A program made the translations under genes and the position numbers. The notes beneath the pieces are model-generated. The model saw only the letters and a program-made list of their open reading frames with translations. It did no database searches and had not been told where the DNA came from. This document shows, one piece after another, positions 8,667 through 16,839 of a stretch of 57,908 nucleotides of DNA (its first letter is position 1; every line of letters starts with the position of its first letter). Origin of the DNA: a virus (Duplodnaviria; Caudoviricetes); IMG/VR virus record IMGVR_UViG_3300023208_000397, positions 1 to 57,908 of that record, one strand, 5' to 3'.

Positions 8667-9842
8667 TTACTCGATGGACGAGCCGCTGGCGCTGCGTGCG
8701 CGGCGGGCGCCGGCCTGGGGCTGCTGGAGCTCGGCCCGGCGCTTCTCGTAGGCGGCCTGGATCTGGCCGGCCAGCTCCTGGCTGATGTCCGCCGGCACCT
8801 CGTCGGTGAGGATGTCCAGGCCTTCCTGGCTGGTCACGGTGGCCATGCGGGCCAGGAGGTTGGCGGCATCGAAGGGCTGTGCCTCGCTCTCCTGCTGGTC
8901 GTGCTGCTGGATCTCACCGGTGGCCGGGTCCACCGAGCCGGCGGGCGTGGCGGTTTCGGAGGCCTCGACAACCTCGGCCATCGGCGCCGGGCCGGCGGGC
9001 CCGCGGCGCAGCTCGGCAGCCGGCACAGGGGTCGCGGTGCCATCGGCTGCGACATCGAAGGTCTGCAGCGGAGCATCCTGCAGCTCCTCGGTGGTCCGGC
9101 CCATGCCCATCACGATGTCCGGGGCGTGGATGCGGCCAAAGAAGGCGCCGCTGCGGTACTGCAGCATCTGGAACTTCATCTCCGTCTGCCACTTGCTGCC
9201 CGGCTTGCTGTACCAGCCTTCCTCCACCGCAAGCTTCATGGACACCGGCGAGGACTCGATCACAGGCAGGCCGGCGTCACGCGCCTGCTGCAGGGTGTAG
9301 ACGCCCTTGGGCAGCACGAAGCCGGCCGGAAGCGTCCAGGCGATGCAGACGTGATCGTCCAGCTCGACCATCTTGTCCTCGAAGTCGTAGCCGCCCTTGT
9401 TCTTGTTCCAGCCGAGCTTCTCGCGGTACTTCGCCTTGATCATGCCGCGCGACTTCATGTCGAAGCGCAGGGGCTGGAAGCGGCCCGAGGCGTTGATAGC
9501 GGCGATCACGAACTGGGCGGACCAGGACAGCTTGCCCTCGATGATGTTGGCCTGCTGCATGACCGCCGTGATGCTCATGCCCACGGCGCGGGCGGTTTCG
9601 ATGGCGACCAGGCAGTTGCCCATGGCCGAGGGGTTCTCGATCCACTGTCCGCCGTCGCGATCCTTCTTGAACACCATCGCCCGAAATTGCGTCGGGACGG
9701 CGTCGCTGGTCGCGAAGGCCTTGGCGATGCGCTGGGCCAGCTCGAAGCCGCGGAGGCTGAACATATCGATCTTGAGGTCGGCCTGCTGGGCCAGGGCGCC
9801 GCCCTGCTGCTGCAGCGTCGCGACGGGAAGAGGGGCGTTCAT
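8667..9842 (-). CDS. RecT-like single-strand annealing protein
   Basis: GNCLVAIE, AVMQ..IIEGK.SWSAQF, GWYSKPGSKWQT and MLQYR motifs; adjacent to an exonuclease. Confidence 0.7.
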   Translation of the reverse strand: MNAPLPVATLQQQGGALAQQADLKIDMFSLRGFELAQRIAKAFATSDAVPTQFRAMVFKKDRDGGQWIENPSAMGNCLVAIETARAVGMSITAVMQQANIIEGKLSWSAQFVIAAINASGRFQPLRFDMKSRGMIKAKYREKLGWNKNKGGYDFEDKMVELDDHVCIAWTLPAGFVLPKGVYTLQQARDAGLPVIESSPVSMKLAVEEGWYSKPGSKWQTEMKFQMLQYRSGAFFGRIHAPDIVMGMGRTTEELQDAPLQTFDVAADGTATPVPAAELRRGPAGPAPMAEVVEASETATPAGSVDPATGEIQQHDQQESEAQPFDAANLLARMATVTSQEGLDILTDEVPADISQELAGQIQAAYEKRRAELQQPQAGARRARSASGSSIE

Positions 9843-9866
9843 CGTTGATGGTCCTCGGTGGGTGGG

Positions 9867-10679
9867 TTACTCGTGATAGGGGCAGGTGGACCAGCGGGCG
9901 CAGTAGCGCTCGCTGCAGAGCACGCTCTGGGGGTTGGGCGGAAAGAGCCCGGTGCGGAACATCTGGGCCGCGATCTCGATCAAGCCCGGCGCGTCCTCGC
10001 TGCCGACCATGGCCCGCTTGGCGTTGAACACGGGGCTCACGGCCGCTGCCGGCTTGCCCTTGGTCTGCAGGGCCAGGATCTGGCCGCCGACCGTGGGAAT
10101 GCCCTCGGTGTGCTCGAACATCAGCTGGTAGGTGCCGAGCTGGGCGCCGCGGCCCTTGATGACCGCCTCGCCCTTCTGGACCACGGCCGAGCCGGTCTTG
10201 ATGTCGGGGATGACCACGCCCTCGGCAGACTCTGCAACCCGGGCCCGGTCCATGCTGCCGGTCAGGCGCACGATCTGGCCGCCGCCGCAGTCGATGTCCA
10301 GCGGGGTCAGGGTCTGCTCCACGCTGCGGAAGGTGAAGCGCGGGCTGATGTCGTGGCAGTAGATGCTGTGCAAGCTCAGGCCGATGGCCTCGGCCTCGCC
10401 GACCGTCAGGTCGTCGCGGCTGAAGTCGACCTCGCGCTCGGGATTGCGCAAGGTGGCCACCACCAGGTCGGCGGCGTCCATCACGCTCACCGGGGCAGCG
10501 CCCGGCAGGCGGCCGGCGTCGAAGGCGGCGGTGCTGGCGTGTACCGCGGTGCCGAGCTGGGCGCGCAGGCCGGCCGGGCGCTTGTAGCCCAGCAGGTGCT
10601 CGCCCTCCCACGCGTAGGCGCAGTCGAACAGCTTGCCCCAGCTGCTGGCGCGGACGGTGAGGATGTGGGGGGCGCTCAT
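9867..10679 (-). CDS. PD-(D/E)XK Cas4/RecB-like exonuclease
   Basis: GTAVH, LTGSMD, DIKTG and QLGTY motifs; one N-terminal and three C-terminal Cys (Fe-S staple pattern). Confidence 0.85.
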   Translation of the reverse strand: MSAPHILTVRASSWGKLFDCAYAWEGEHLLGYKRPAGLRAQLGTAVHASTAAFDAGRLPGAAPVSVMDAADLVVATLRNPEREVDFSRDDLTVGEAEAIGLSLHSIYCHDISPRFTFRSVEQTLTPLDIDCGGGQIVRLTGSMDRARVAESAEGVVIPDIKTGSAVVQKGEAVIKGRGAQLGTYQLMFEHTEGIPTVGGQILALQTKGKPAAAVSPVFNAKRAMVGSEDAPGLIEIAAQMFRTGLFPPNPQSVLCSERYCARWSTCPYHE

Positions 10680-11008
10680 GGCTTCGCCACCCACAGCAGC
10701 AGGGCGATGAAGCCCAGACCCAGCAGAGACCAGCAGGCGGCCTTGGCGTGCAACAGGCGGCGCTCCCAGGGGCGCAGCGCGCCCATGCGCTGACGGCGGC
10801 AGGGCTCGGCACCGATCTCCGTGCAGGCCTCGGCCGGGGCCAGAGCCGCGTGCACCACGTTCAGTGCCGCAGCATCGAGCTCGCCGACGGTGAGCCGGCG
10901 CGAGAACAGCGCCTGCTCGGCGGCCTCGGCCATGTCGTCCATGCCGGCGTGGGCCACGGCCACGTCCCAGTCGCGCGGCGCCGGGACTCGGATGTCTTCG
11001 GCGGCCAT
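10676..11008 (-). CDS. Hypothetical protein with a C-terminal transmembrane helix
   Basis: Position in the operon; hydrophobic C-terminus. Confidence 0.6.
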   Translation of the reverse strand: MAAEDIRVPAPRDWDVAVAHAGMDDMAEAAEQALFSRRLTVGELDAAALNVVHAALAPAEACTEIGAEPCRRQRMGALRPWERRLLHAKAACWSLLGLGFIALLLWVAKP

Positions 11009-11011
11009 GGC

Positions 11012-11431
11012 TCAGGCCTCCGCAGCTTCAGCCGCGTACTGCTGCAGCAGCTGGTCGGCGTCGATCAGGTAGCGCGCGGCGATCAGGCGCATGGCCTCGA
11101 AGCAGCCGTCGCGGTCGCCGCGGTCGGCGGCCACCAGGGCGGCGTGCACGAGCTCGGCGGTGTCGGCGGCCTGCAGGCGCTCCGGGGTGCGGGTGGCGCG
11201 GTCGCTGTCGACCTGCTGACGGCCGTAGCACTCGGCGCCCAGGAACTCGGCGAAGTGATCGGTGTTGCTCAGCAGGCGCTGAGCGGCGTACTCGACGTGG
11301 ATGTCACGGATGCCGGCCGCTTCGGCGCGGGCGGCGTGGCGCGCTTCGGCGCGCGAGACCAGGCAGGGGACGAAGCCCTGGTAGGCCGAGAGGTGGGTGA
11401 CGTTGTGAGCACCCCGAGTCGCTGTCTGCAT
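11012..11431 (-). CDS. Hypothetical protein, first gene of the leftward early operon
   Basis: GGAG RBS just downstream of the OL operators. Confidence 0.65.
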   Translation of the reverse strand: MQTATRGAHNVTHLSAYQGFVPCLVSRAEARHAARAEAAGIRDIHVEYAAQRLLSNTDHFAEFLGAECYGRQQVDSDRATRTPERLQAADTAELVHAALVAADRGDRDGCFEAMRLIAARYLIDADQLLQQYAAEAAEA

Positions 11432-11464
11432 CGCCATCTCCGTGTTGGTATGGAATGCAGTATC

Positions 11465-11499
11465 TACAAGAAAAACTAGCAATGCAAGAGAAACTAGTA
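11465..11499. promoter_or_regulatory. OL: two 17-bp repressor operators
   Basis: TACAAGAAAAACTAGCA (11465-11481) and TGCAAGAGAAACTAGTA (11483-11499); same motif and 18-bp spacing as between cI and cro. Confidence 0.8.
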
Positions 11500-11605
11500 T
11501 TTGTAGGGGTTTGCACCTAGTTGTGTATACGGATCAGGCCGGCCCAGTGAGCTTGTGGCGGTGCCATGCCCGAGCAATCATCAGGCGCTGACAACAGGGG
11601 TGTTC

Positions 11606-12058
11606 ATGAGAAAGCTCAGGGGGCTTTGCGCAGCCATCGCCATGCTGTTTGCTTGCGGCGCAGCGGGCGCCGAAGAGGCTGAGATCGATCTCTACGATCT
11701 AGGGCACACGCTGGCGAGGTGTGCAGGCTTCTACAAGATGGCTGCAAGCATTGCCCAGAAGGCCGGCAAGCCTGCAGCGGCAGATCACCTGTCCAACCTG
11801 CACCGAGGGTGGATGCTCGCTGGTGCCTATGCCATCGGTGCAGCGGGCGAAGGGAAGTCGGTCGTTGCGCAGCCTGTTCAGGTCGCCACAGGCCTTGCAG
11901 ACTCCCGCGCAACAGAGTTGCTCGCAAAGCTTGAGCTCGACCCTGGTGCGGTCCTGGCGATGAAAAGCGAGCATGACCGCGTGTGTGAGCCGCTTACCCC
12001 TTATCAGGTGAAGCTCGTTGACATGATGCGAAGAAGCGCGGCCGGCGTCCGGCCGTAG
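11606..12058 (+). CDS. Secreted/periplasmic hypothetical protein
   Basis: Signal peptide MRKLRGLCAAIAMLFACGAAGA-EE. Confidence 0.7.
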   Translation: MRKLRGLCAAIAMLFACGAAGAEEAEIDLYDLGHTLARCAGFYKMAASIAQKAGKPAAADHLSNLHRGWMLAGAYAIGAAGEGKSVVAQPVQVATGLADSRATELLAKLELDPGAVLAMKSEHDRVCEPLTPYQVKLVDMMRRSAAGVRP

Positions 12059-12064
12059 TAATGC

Positions 12065-12520
12065 ATGTCCTTGCTGATCTGTCTTGTGGTCGGCATCGTT
12101 GACGGCGACACCATCAACGTGCGCTGCCCAGATGCGGATCAGACCTCGGTCAGGATCGAGAAGATCGATGCACCTGAGAAGGGGCAGGCGTGGGGCGAGC
12201 GCAGTCGCCAGGCCTTGGCCATGTTGTGCCACCGCCAGTCCGCGGAAATAAGGCCATCCGGCCATGATCGATACGGCCGCATGCTGGCCAGCGTCTCGTG
12301 CGGTGGCGAAGACGCCGGCCGTGCGCAGGTCGCAGCGGGGCTCGCGTGGGCCTATCGCGCATACCGGCCAGGGCGTGAGCTGCTGGAGTTGGAAGAGGCT
12401 GCCCGTGCCGCGCGCCGCGGACTATGGGGCTCTTCCGATCCGATGCCACCATGGGAATGGCGGCTCAACGCTCGCGCTTCGCGGCCTGTGCCTGCAGGAT
12501 CAGCTCCAGCGCCTCATTAG
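12065..12520 (+). CDS. Thermonuclease (SNase family)
   Basis: VDGDTI, IDAPEKGQ, DRYGR, GLAW and RRGLW...PWEWR motifs. Confidence 0.92.
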   Translation: MSLLICLVVGIVDGDTINVRCPDADQTSVRIEKIDAPEKGQAWGERSRQALAMLCHRQSAEIRPSGHDRYGRMLASVSCGGEDAGRAQVAAGLAWAYRAYRPGRELLELEEAARAARRGLWGSSDPMPPWEWRLNARASRPVPAGSAPAPH

Positions 12521-12677
12521 GCACGGGGCCGCCGATGATGATGATGTTGCCGCCGCCAATCTGGCCGACGATCTGGCTTGCCGCATCGCCCTGGCTTGCC
12601 TGACTGGCTGGCTGTTCGTGCGGCGGGATATTCACAGTTTTGAGCAGGCGCTTCAGCGCTGCTGACGTGTCGGTCAT
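12465..12677 (-). CDS. Small hypothetical protein
   Basis: Plausible ORF with a GGAG RBS; overlaps the nuclease 3' end. Confidence 0.45.
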   Translation of the reverse strand: MTDTSAALKRLLKTVNIPPHEQPASQASQGDAASQIVGQIGGGNIIIIGGPVPNEALELILQAQAAKRER

Positions 12678-12788
12678 CTCAAGTCGCTCCCATGCGATGG
12701 GCGCGCCTGTCGTCAGCTACCGGCGCGCCCGTGGTCCACCCGGTTGCGGGCTGCTGCCTTTTCCGGTTTCGGGTAGTCTCGCGCGGCT

Positions 12789-13526
12789 ATGCCCCTCGCC
12801 ACAACTGTAAGAACCCCGCAACGAACAACACCTGACCTGGCGCTGGCTTGCGAAGCGATAGCCAGATTCCCGGCAGCGACAAGCCTTCCTGACCTCAGCG
12901 AGTGCGCTACGCTGATGAGCGAAGCTCTAGGGTTGCCGCTGCACATCATGCTGCACTTCAGCGGCGCGGCTGCGCGCCTGCGCAATGCTGTCCACAACGG
13001 GGCCGTAGGCCTGCCGCTCAGCGAGCTGGTGTGCGATCCGCGCGTGGTGGATGCTCTGGGGTCACCGATACCGAGGTTCGTGCCGGATGGCTTAGACCCC
13101 TTCGTGAGCGGGCCCTGCATCGTCGTCGCAGGGCGCTACTCGAACACGAGTTGTGTGGTGATCTTGGGAGGTCGGGCCGATCTGACCCAGGATGAAGCGG
13201 TGGCACTTGCGGGTGCGGCCGTGATGGCGGCCAACGGCGCGGCCACAGCGATGCGCAGCATGGTCGCCGCGGATTGCCCGCTAACCGTGCGTGAGCTGGA
13301 GTGCCTCTCGTTCGTCGCGGCCGGGGCCGGCTACAGAGAGGTCGGGCAGGAGCTGGGTATCAGCCCCCGCACCGTGGAAAAGCATGTCGAGCGGTGCCGA
13401 CAGCGGCTCGGCGTGGACACCAGCCTTGCAGCTGCATTGGCTGCAGTGCGAGCCGGCTGGATCAGCGACGCCGAGCTGGAGGACATTGAGCTTAGAAGCC
13501 GCCGCCGCCAGTACGGGGCAGGCTGA
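12789..13526 (+). CDS. LuxR-family regulator with an intact C-terminal HTH
   Basis: PLTVRELECL..VAAG..YREVGQELGISPRTVEKHV..CRQRLGV. Confidence 0.88.
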   Translation: MPLATTVRTPQRTTPDLALACEAIARFPAATSLPDLSECATLMSEALGLPLHIMLHFSGAAARLRNAVHNGAVGLPLSELVCDPRVVDALGSPIPRFVPDGLDPFVSGPCIVVAGRYSNTSCVVILGGRADLTQDEAVALAGAAVMAANGAATAMRSMVAADCPLTVRELECLSFVAAGAGYREVGQELGISPRTVEKHVERCRQRLGVDTSLAAALAAVRAGWISDAELEDIELRSRRRQYGAG

Positions 13527-13557
13527 ACAGTTCGGCGAGTGCGGCGAAGATCGACAT
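13492..13557 (-). CDS. Putative 21-aa peptide MSIFAALAELFSLPRTGGGGF (absent from the ORF track)
   Basis: AGGAG RBS a few nt upstream of ATG 13557, TAA at 13494-13492, and a candidate promoter upstream. Confidence 0.55.
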   Translation of the reverse strand: MSIFAALAELFSLPRTGGGGF

Positions 13558-13601
13558 GAAAGGCTCCTGAAAAGGTTGTCTGGTCAACACGACCAGGAGC
13601 C

Positions 13602-13648
13602 ACTATCGCCGCTTGCTCAGGGTTGCGAAACTGTCAACCCTGTCAGAT
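13602..13648 (-). promoter_or_regulatory. Lux-box-like site abutting a weak sigma70 promoter
   Basis: CTGTCAACCCTGTCAG (CT-N12-AG, 13631-13646) next to -35 TTTCGC (13630-13625), a 17-nt spacer and -10 GATAGT (13607-13602). Confidence 0.5.
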
Positions 13649-13662
13649 TTACGTACATCGCC

Positions 13663-14379
13663 TCATGGGTGTATTAACCCACCGTCGACGGCCTTCAGCA
13701 CCAGGTCGGCGCTGGTGCGGGCGCCCATCTTGCGGGCCGCGCTGGCCAGCGCGGGGCTGGCGCCCAATTCGCTGATGCTCATGAGCCGCCCCTTGCGGCG
13801 CAGGACCGTGGCGCCAGCGGTCTGGACCGCGGCCCGCTCGGATCTGTTCAGCTGGTCCGTGGGGTTTGCGCCTGCGCGCATGGCCAGGATGCGCAGCGCG
13901 CCCGCCTGGGCGTGCATGGCAAGCATCTGCAGGTTGGCCTGCAGCAAAAACAGGTCCGGGCCGGAGGGGAGGGCGTCGGGGCGGTCCACACCGAGCATGA
14001 ATGCCTCGGCGTGGGTGGGGGCGTGTATCGAGACGGCCATGCCGGCGCGGAAGCCGAACGCCGCCTGGGCGTCCCACAAGTCCGAGGCACCCGCTCGCGC
14101 ATAGGTGCCTTGGTCATACTGGGCGTGCCCGGGCCGCGCCATCAACTGGGTGAGCAGCGGGTCTCGCAGGCCGTCGCCAGCGCTGTACATGGCGTCCTCA
14201 TAGCCGGCCGGTGGATTGCCGAAGGCATGCAGGCCGGAGGGGCGCTCTAGAGGGCCACGCAGCAGCACAGCAGAGGCCAGGCCAAAGCCCATGTCCTGTG
14301 CGAGCGCTACCGTCCGCGCGGTCAGCGCGTCGACGGTGTCGGCGGCGCTCAGCTCAAGCAGGGCCTGGTATCGAAGCAT
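13663..14379 (-). CDS. LuxR-solo-like protein: autoinducer-binding domain with a degenerate HTH
   Basis: GNPPAGY...RDPL, YDQGTY..AG...W..QA.FG.R.G and GVDRP..LP motifs; C-terminus has ARKMGA...GLI but lacks EIA..L.IS..TV..H. Confidence 0.8.
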   Translation of the reverse strand: MLRYQALLELSAADTVDALTARTVALAQDMGFGLASAVLLRGPLERPSGLHAFGNPPAGYEDAMYSAGDGLRDPLLTQLMARPGHAQYDQGTYARAGASDLWDAQAAFGFRAGMAVSIHAPTHAEAFMLGVDRPDALPSGPDLFLLQANLQMLAMHAQAGALRILAMRAGANPTDQLNRSERAAVQTAGATVLRRKGRLMSISELGASPALASAARKMGARTSADLVLKAVDGGLIHP

Positions 14380-14412
14380 CGCTGGATTCTGCGCGGCCGG
14401 AGGGTTTGGTGT

Positions 14413-14934
14413 CTATCGCCCCAGCGGGGCGGTACGCCGTCTCGGCTGCTTCGGTACGGCTGATGCCACTGAGGCGCGCTCTGCGAGCGCGTCATTGACC
14501 CTTGAGAGAAAGCCGGCAATCACCGCCCGCTCCTTGACCGGCTCCTGCTCGGCCATGGCAAAGACAGCGTTGTGCCAATCGCGCAGGCGCTGCAGTTCCT
14601 CGCGCTCTGGGTCTATCAAGGGGGAAGGCGCAGCACCGATGCTGGGGGCCATCTCGGTGATCGCCTGGGCGATCTTGTCAATGATGGCGTTCCGATTGGC
14701 CTCGACTGCGGCACCCTCACCGAACAGCAGATCGCTCTCTGTGCATCCCAGTGCCTTCGCTACATAGCCCAGGCGTGTTCTTTTCGGCGCTGAGCCACCG
14801 TTCTCCCATTGCTGGACGGTTTGCCAGGCCAGGGGTTTCTTCGCCCCCTCCAGCTCGCTGACCTTCGCGGCCAGGGTTGCATGTGACCAGCCCTTCGCCT
14901 CTCGGCGCCGCTTGATCTGCTCGTGAATCGACAT
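14413..14934 (-). CDS. cI: CI-like XRE repressor without an S24 peptidase domain
   Basis: IKRRREAKGWS..TLA...QTVQQWENG..PK...VAKALG HTH; divergent from cro. Confidence 0.85.
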   Translation of the reverse strand: MSIHEQIKRRREAKGWSHATLAAKVSELEGAKKPLAWQTVQQWENGGSAPKRTRLGYVAKALGCTESDLLFGEGAAVEANRNAIIDKIAQAITEMAPSIGAAPSPLIDPEREELQRLRDWHNAVFAMAEQEPVKERAVIAGFLSRVNDALAERASVASAVPKQPRRRTAPLGR

Positions 14935-14937
14935 GGG

Positions 14938-15005
14938 CACAAGTTTTTCATGTACCCGTGCATCCTCAAATGCAAGAACATCTAGCGATACTAGAAAATC
15001 TGGTA
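14938..15005. promoter_or_regulatory. OR: three 17-bp operators and divergent promoters
   Basis: CACAAGTTTTTCATGTA (14938), TGCAAGAACATCTAGCG (14971) and TACTAGAAAATCTGGTA (14989); TGGTATAGC extended -10-like element before cro. Confidence 0.8.
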
Positions 15006-15017
15006 TAGCATTGGGCG

Positions 15018-15278
15018 ATGGACCGCAGCACCCACTACCCATCCGAGGCGCACCGCGCGATTGCCATCCTGGGCGGGCCTGTTCAGGCAGCAAGGCTGCT
15101 GGATGTGCCGAACCACCGCTATCAGACGGTGCAGTCATGGCTCAAGACGCGGGTCCCCGCTGAGTACTGCCCGGTGATCGAGAAGCTGACTCGCGAGCTC
15201 GGCGATGAAGTGCGGTGCGAGTCCATCCGCTCCGACGTCGAGTGGGGGGTTCTGCGCAGCACGGCGAGGGCCTCCTGA
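15018..15278 (+). CDS. cro: Cro/YdaS-like regulator
   Basis: AIAILGG...AARLL...QTVQSW...VPAEYCPVIE...V.CE.IR.DV.W. Confidence 0.88.
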   Translation: MDRSTHYPSEAHRAIAILGGPVQAARLLDVPNHRYQTVQSWLKTRVPAEYCPVIEKLTRELGDEVRCESIRSDVEWGVLRSTARAS

Positions 15279-15289
15279 CATGGCCAGCT

Positions 15290-15694
15290 TCACCCGCCCA
15301 TCGCCCCGCGCGCGCGCCAGCACAGCACGGCAACGTGCTGCGCGTACAGCTCGGCAGCCCGCGGCCCATGCGCCTCAGCCACCTGCGCTTCCCCTGGTGG
15401 ATGGTCCGCGAACGCTTGCAGCGCTTGCGCCAGTTCCTCCGGTGCCGAGCCATTCGCAAGCTGGGCGACCAGCAGGTCAGCGAAATGGGTGGTCGCTGTG
15501 AACAGCGCGGCCGCGGCTTCATCCCCGGCATCGGTCTCTCTGCGGCCGGCCCAGCGCGCCCGAGCATCGCGCGCCAAGTCCTCGGCCTCGCCGGCCTCGT
15601 CTTCCCATGCCAGCGCTGCCATCTCCACGGATGTCCGCAGCGCCTCCTGCAGCGCGCGGTCGCTGCGGGCTCTTTCCAGCAACTCCTCGCTCAT
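15290..15694 (-). CDS. Acidic hypothetical protein, antisense to the early right operon
   Basis: Fills the gap between cro and the next gene; GGGGAG RBS; helical composition. Confidence 0.55.
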   Translation of the reverse strand: MSEELLERARSDRALQEALRTSVEMAALAWEDEAGEAEDLARDARARWAGRRETDAGDEAAAALFTATTHFADLLVAQLANGSAPEELAQALQAFADHPPGEAQVAEAHGPRAAELYAQHVAVLCWRARGAMGG

Positions 15695-15709
15695 CACCAG
15701 GTGCTCCCC

Positions 15710-15976
15710 ATGAACGACGACGATCCCATGTTCTCCAGGTCCGGCCGGACTGATGCCGGCGGGAAGTGCACAACACGCATCGACATCCCCTGCAGCGTCG
15801 AACTGGAAGAGGCGGTCATTGCCATGGCCACGATGCGGGGCGTCCCGAAGGCTGAGTTCGTGCGCGGCCTGTTGGAGCGTGCGGTGTGGGGTGATTTCGC
15901 CATGCTCCGCAGGGTAGCCAAGCAGGCTGGTCTGGGTCCATGGGATCAGCTTCCCGACCAGCAGGGACGGGGCTGA
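15710..15976 (+). CDS. Ribbon-helix-helix/CII-like regulator
   Basis: RIDIPCSVELEEAVIAMATMRGVPKAEFVRGLL; cII-equivalent position. Confidence 0.6.
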   Translation: MNDDDPMFSRSGRTDAGGKCTTRIDIPCSVELEEAVIAMATMRGVPKAEFVRGLLERAVWGDFAMLRRVAKQAGLGPWDQLPDQQGRG

Positions 15977-15978
15977 CG

Positions 15979-16488
15979 ATGAGCGTCCGTACAGACGGCA
16001 TCAGGTCCATCGCGGATCTCCGGGGGCGCTGCGTCATCGACGCCATCACCGGCTGCTGGCACTTCAAGGGATCGACCCGTCTGTGGCTGCCGGCCCTGGG
16101 CAGGCGCACGAGTCTCGGCGGGGCGATCTGCACCTTGATCACCGGCGCGCCGCCGGCTCCCGGGGTCTTCTGGTTCTGCACCTGCGAGACGCGTGAGTGC
16201 GCCAATCCAGCCCACCGGCGGGCCGGCAATCGCAGCGAGCAGATGCTCGTGGTCGGTCACAGGCACACGCCAGGCGCCCGCGCCCGCATGGCGCGCAGCA
16301 TGCGCGAGCGCTCTCGTCTCAGCGAGGAAACCATCGCCGAGATTCGGGCCGCAGAGGGCACCCTCAAGGAGATCGGCGCCCGCTTCGGCATCCACTTTTC
16401 GCACGCAGCCCGGATCCGCCGCATGGAGGTCCGTGCGCCTCTGGCCGCCCAGGGCAGCAGCGTGTTCAACCTCGGGACGCTCGCATGA
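15979..16488 (+). CDS. HNH/His-Cys zinc-loop-like protein with a C-terminal HTH
   Basis: TGCWHFKG, CETRECANPAH and LSEETIAEIR...KEIGARFGI. Confidence 0.65.
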   Translation: MSVRTDGIRSIADLRGRCVIDAITGCWHFKGSTRLWLPALGRRTSLGGAICTLITGAPPAPGVFWFCTCETRECANPAHRRAGNRSEQMLVVGHRHTPGARARMARSMRERSRLSEETIAEIRAAEGTLKEIGARFGIHFSHAARIRRMEVRAPLAAQGSSVFNLGTLA

Positions 16489-16835
16489 ACGGCATCGACT
16501 GGCTGGCCAGCCGAATCATCGCCGCCGCCAACCGCGACCTTGAAGAGGGCGCGTCCGCGGCATCTCAGCGCTTCAACCCGCGCCCACCTGGCGTCATCCG
16601 CGACGGCAGCGCGACCCAGGCGGTGCTGGAGTTCCTGGCCAAGCACCCCGGCCGCTTCTTCAGCCACCCGCAGATCGTGGCCGCCACGAGCCGCAGCCCG
16701 AAGAGCGTGGACTGGGCCCTGCTGTTCCTGCGGGCCAAGAAGAAGGTGCGCGCCGTGCCCGCGAACTCCGCGCACAGCAACAACTATCTCCGGTACTCAG
16801 TCGCTCAGGAGGGTGACGATGCGAAATCTCAGTAG
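16485..16835 (+). CDS. Winged-helix DNA-binding protein (candidate regulator)
   Basis: ATQAVLEFL..HPG..FSH.QIVAAT.RS.KSVDWALLFL. Confidence 0.6.
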   Translation: MNGIDWLASRIIAAANRDLEEGASAASQRFNPRPPGVIRDGSATQAVLEFLAKHPGRFFSHPQIVAATSRSPKSVDWALLFLRAKKKVRAVPANSAHSNNYLRYSVAQEGDDAKSQ

Positions 16836-16839
16836 GGCA

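Noticed and set aside
9867-10679. Cas4-like nuclease as evidence of a CRISPR system
   Set aside because: No repeat-spacer array or other cas genes are present; it pairs with a RecT-like annealase as a recombination exonuclease.
13631-13646. CTG-N10-CAG as a second LexA box
   Set aside because: It lacks the AT-rich core and the ACAG half-site; its position against a -35 between luxR genes fits a lux-type box better.
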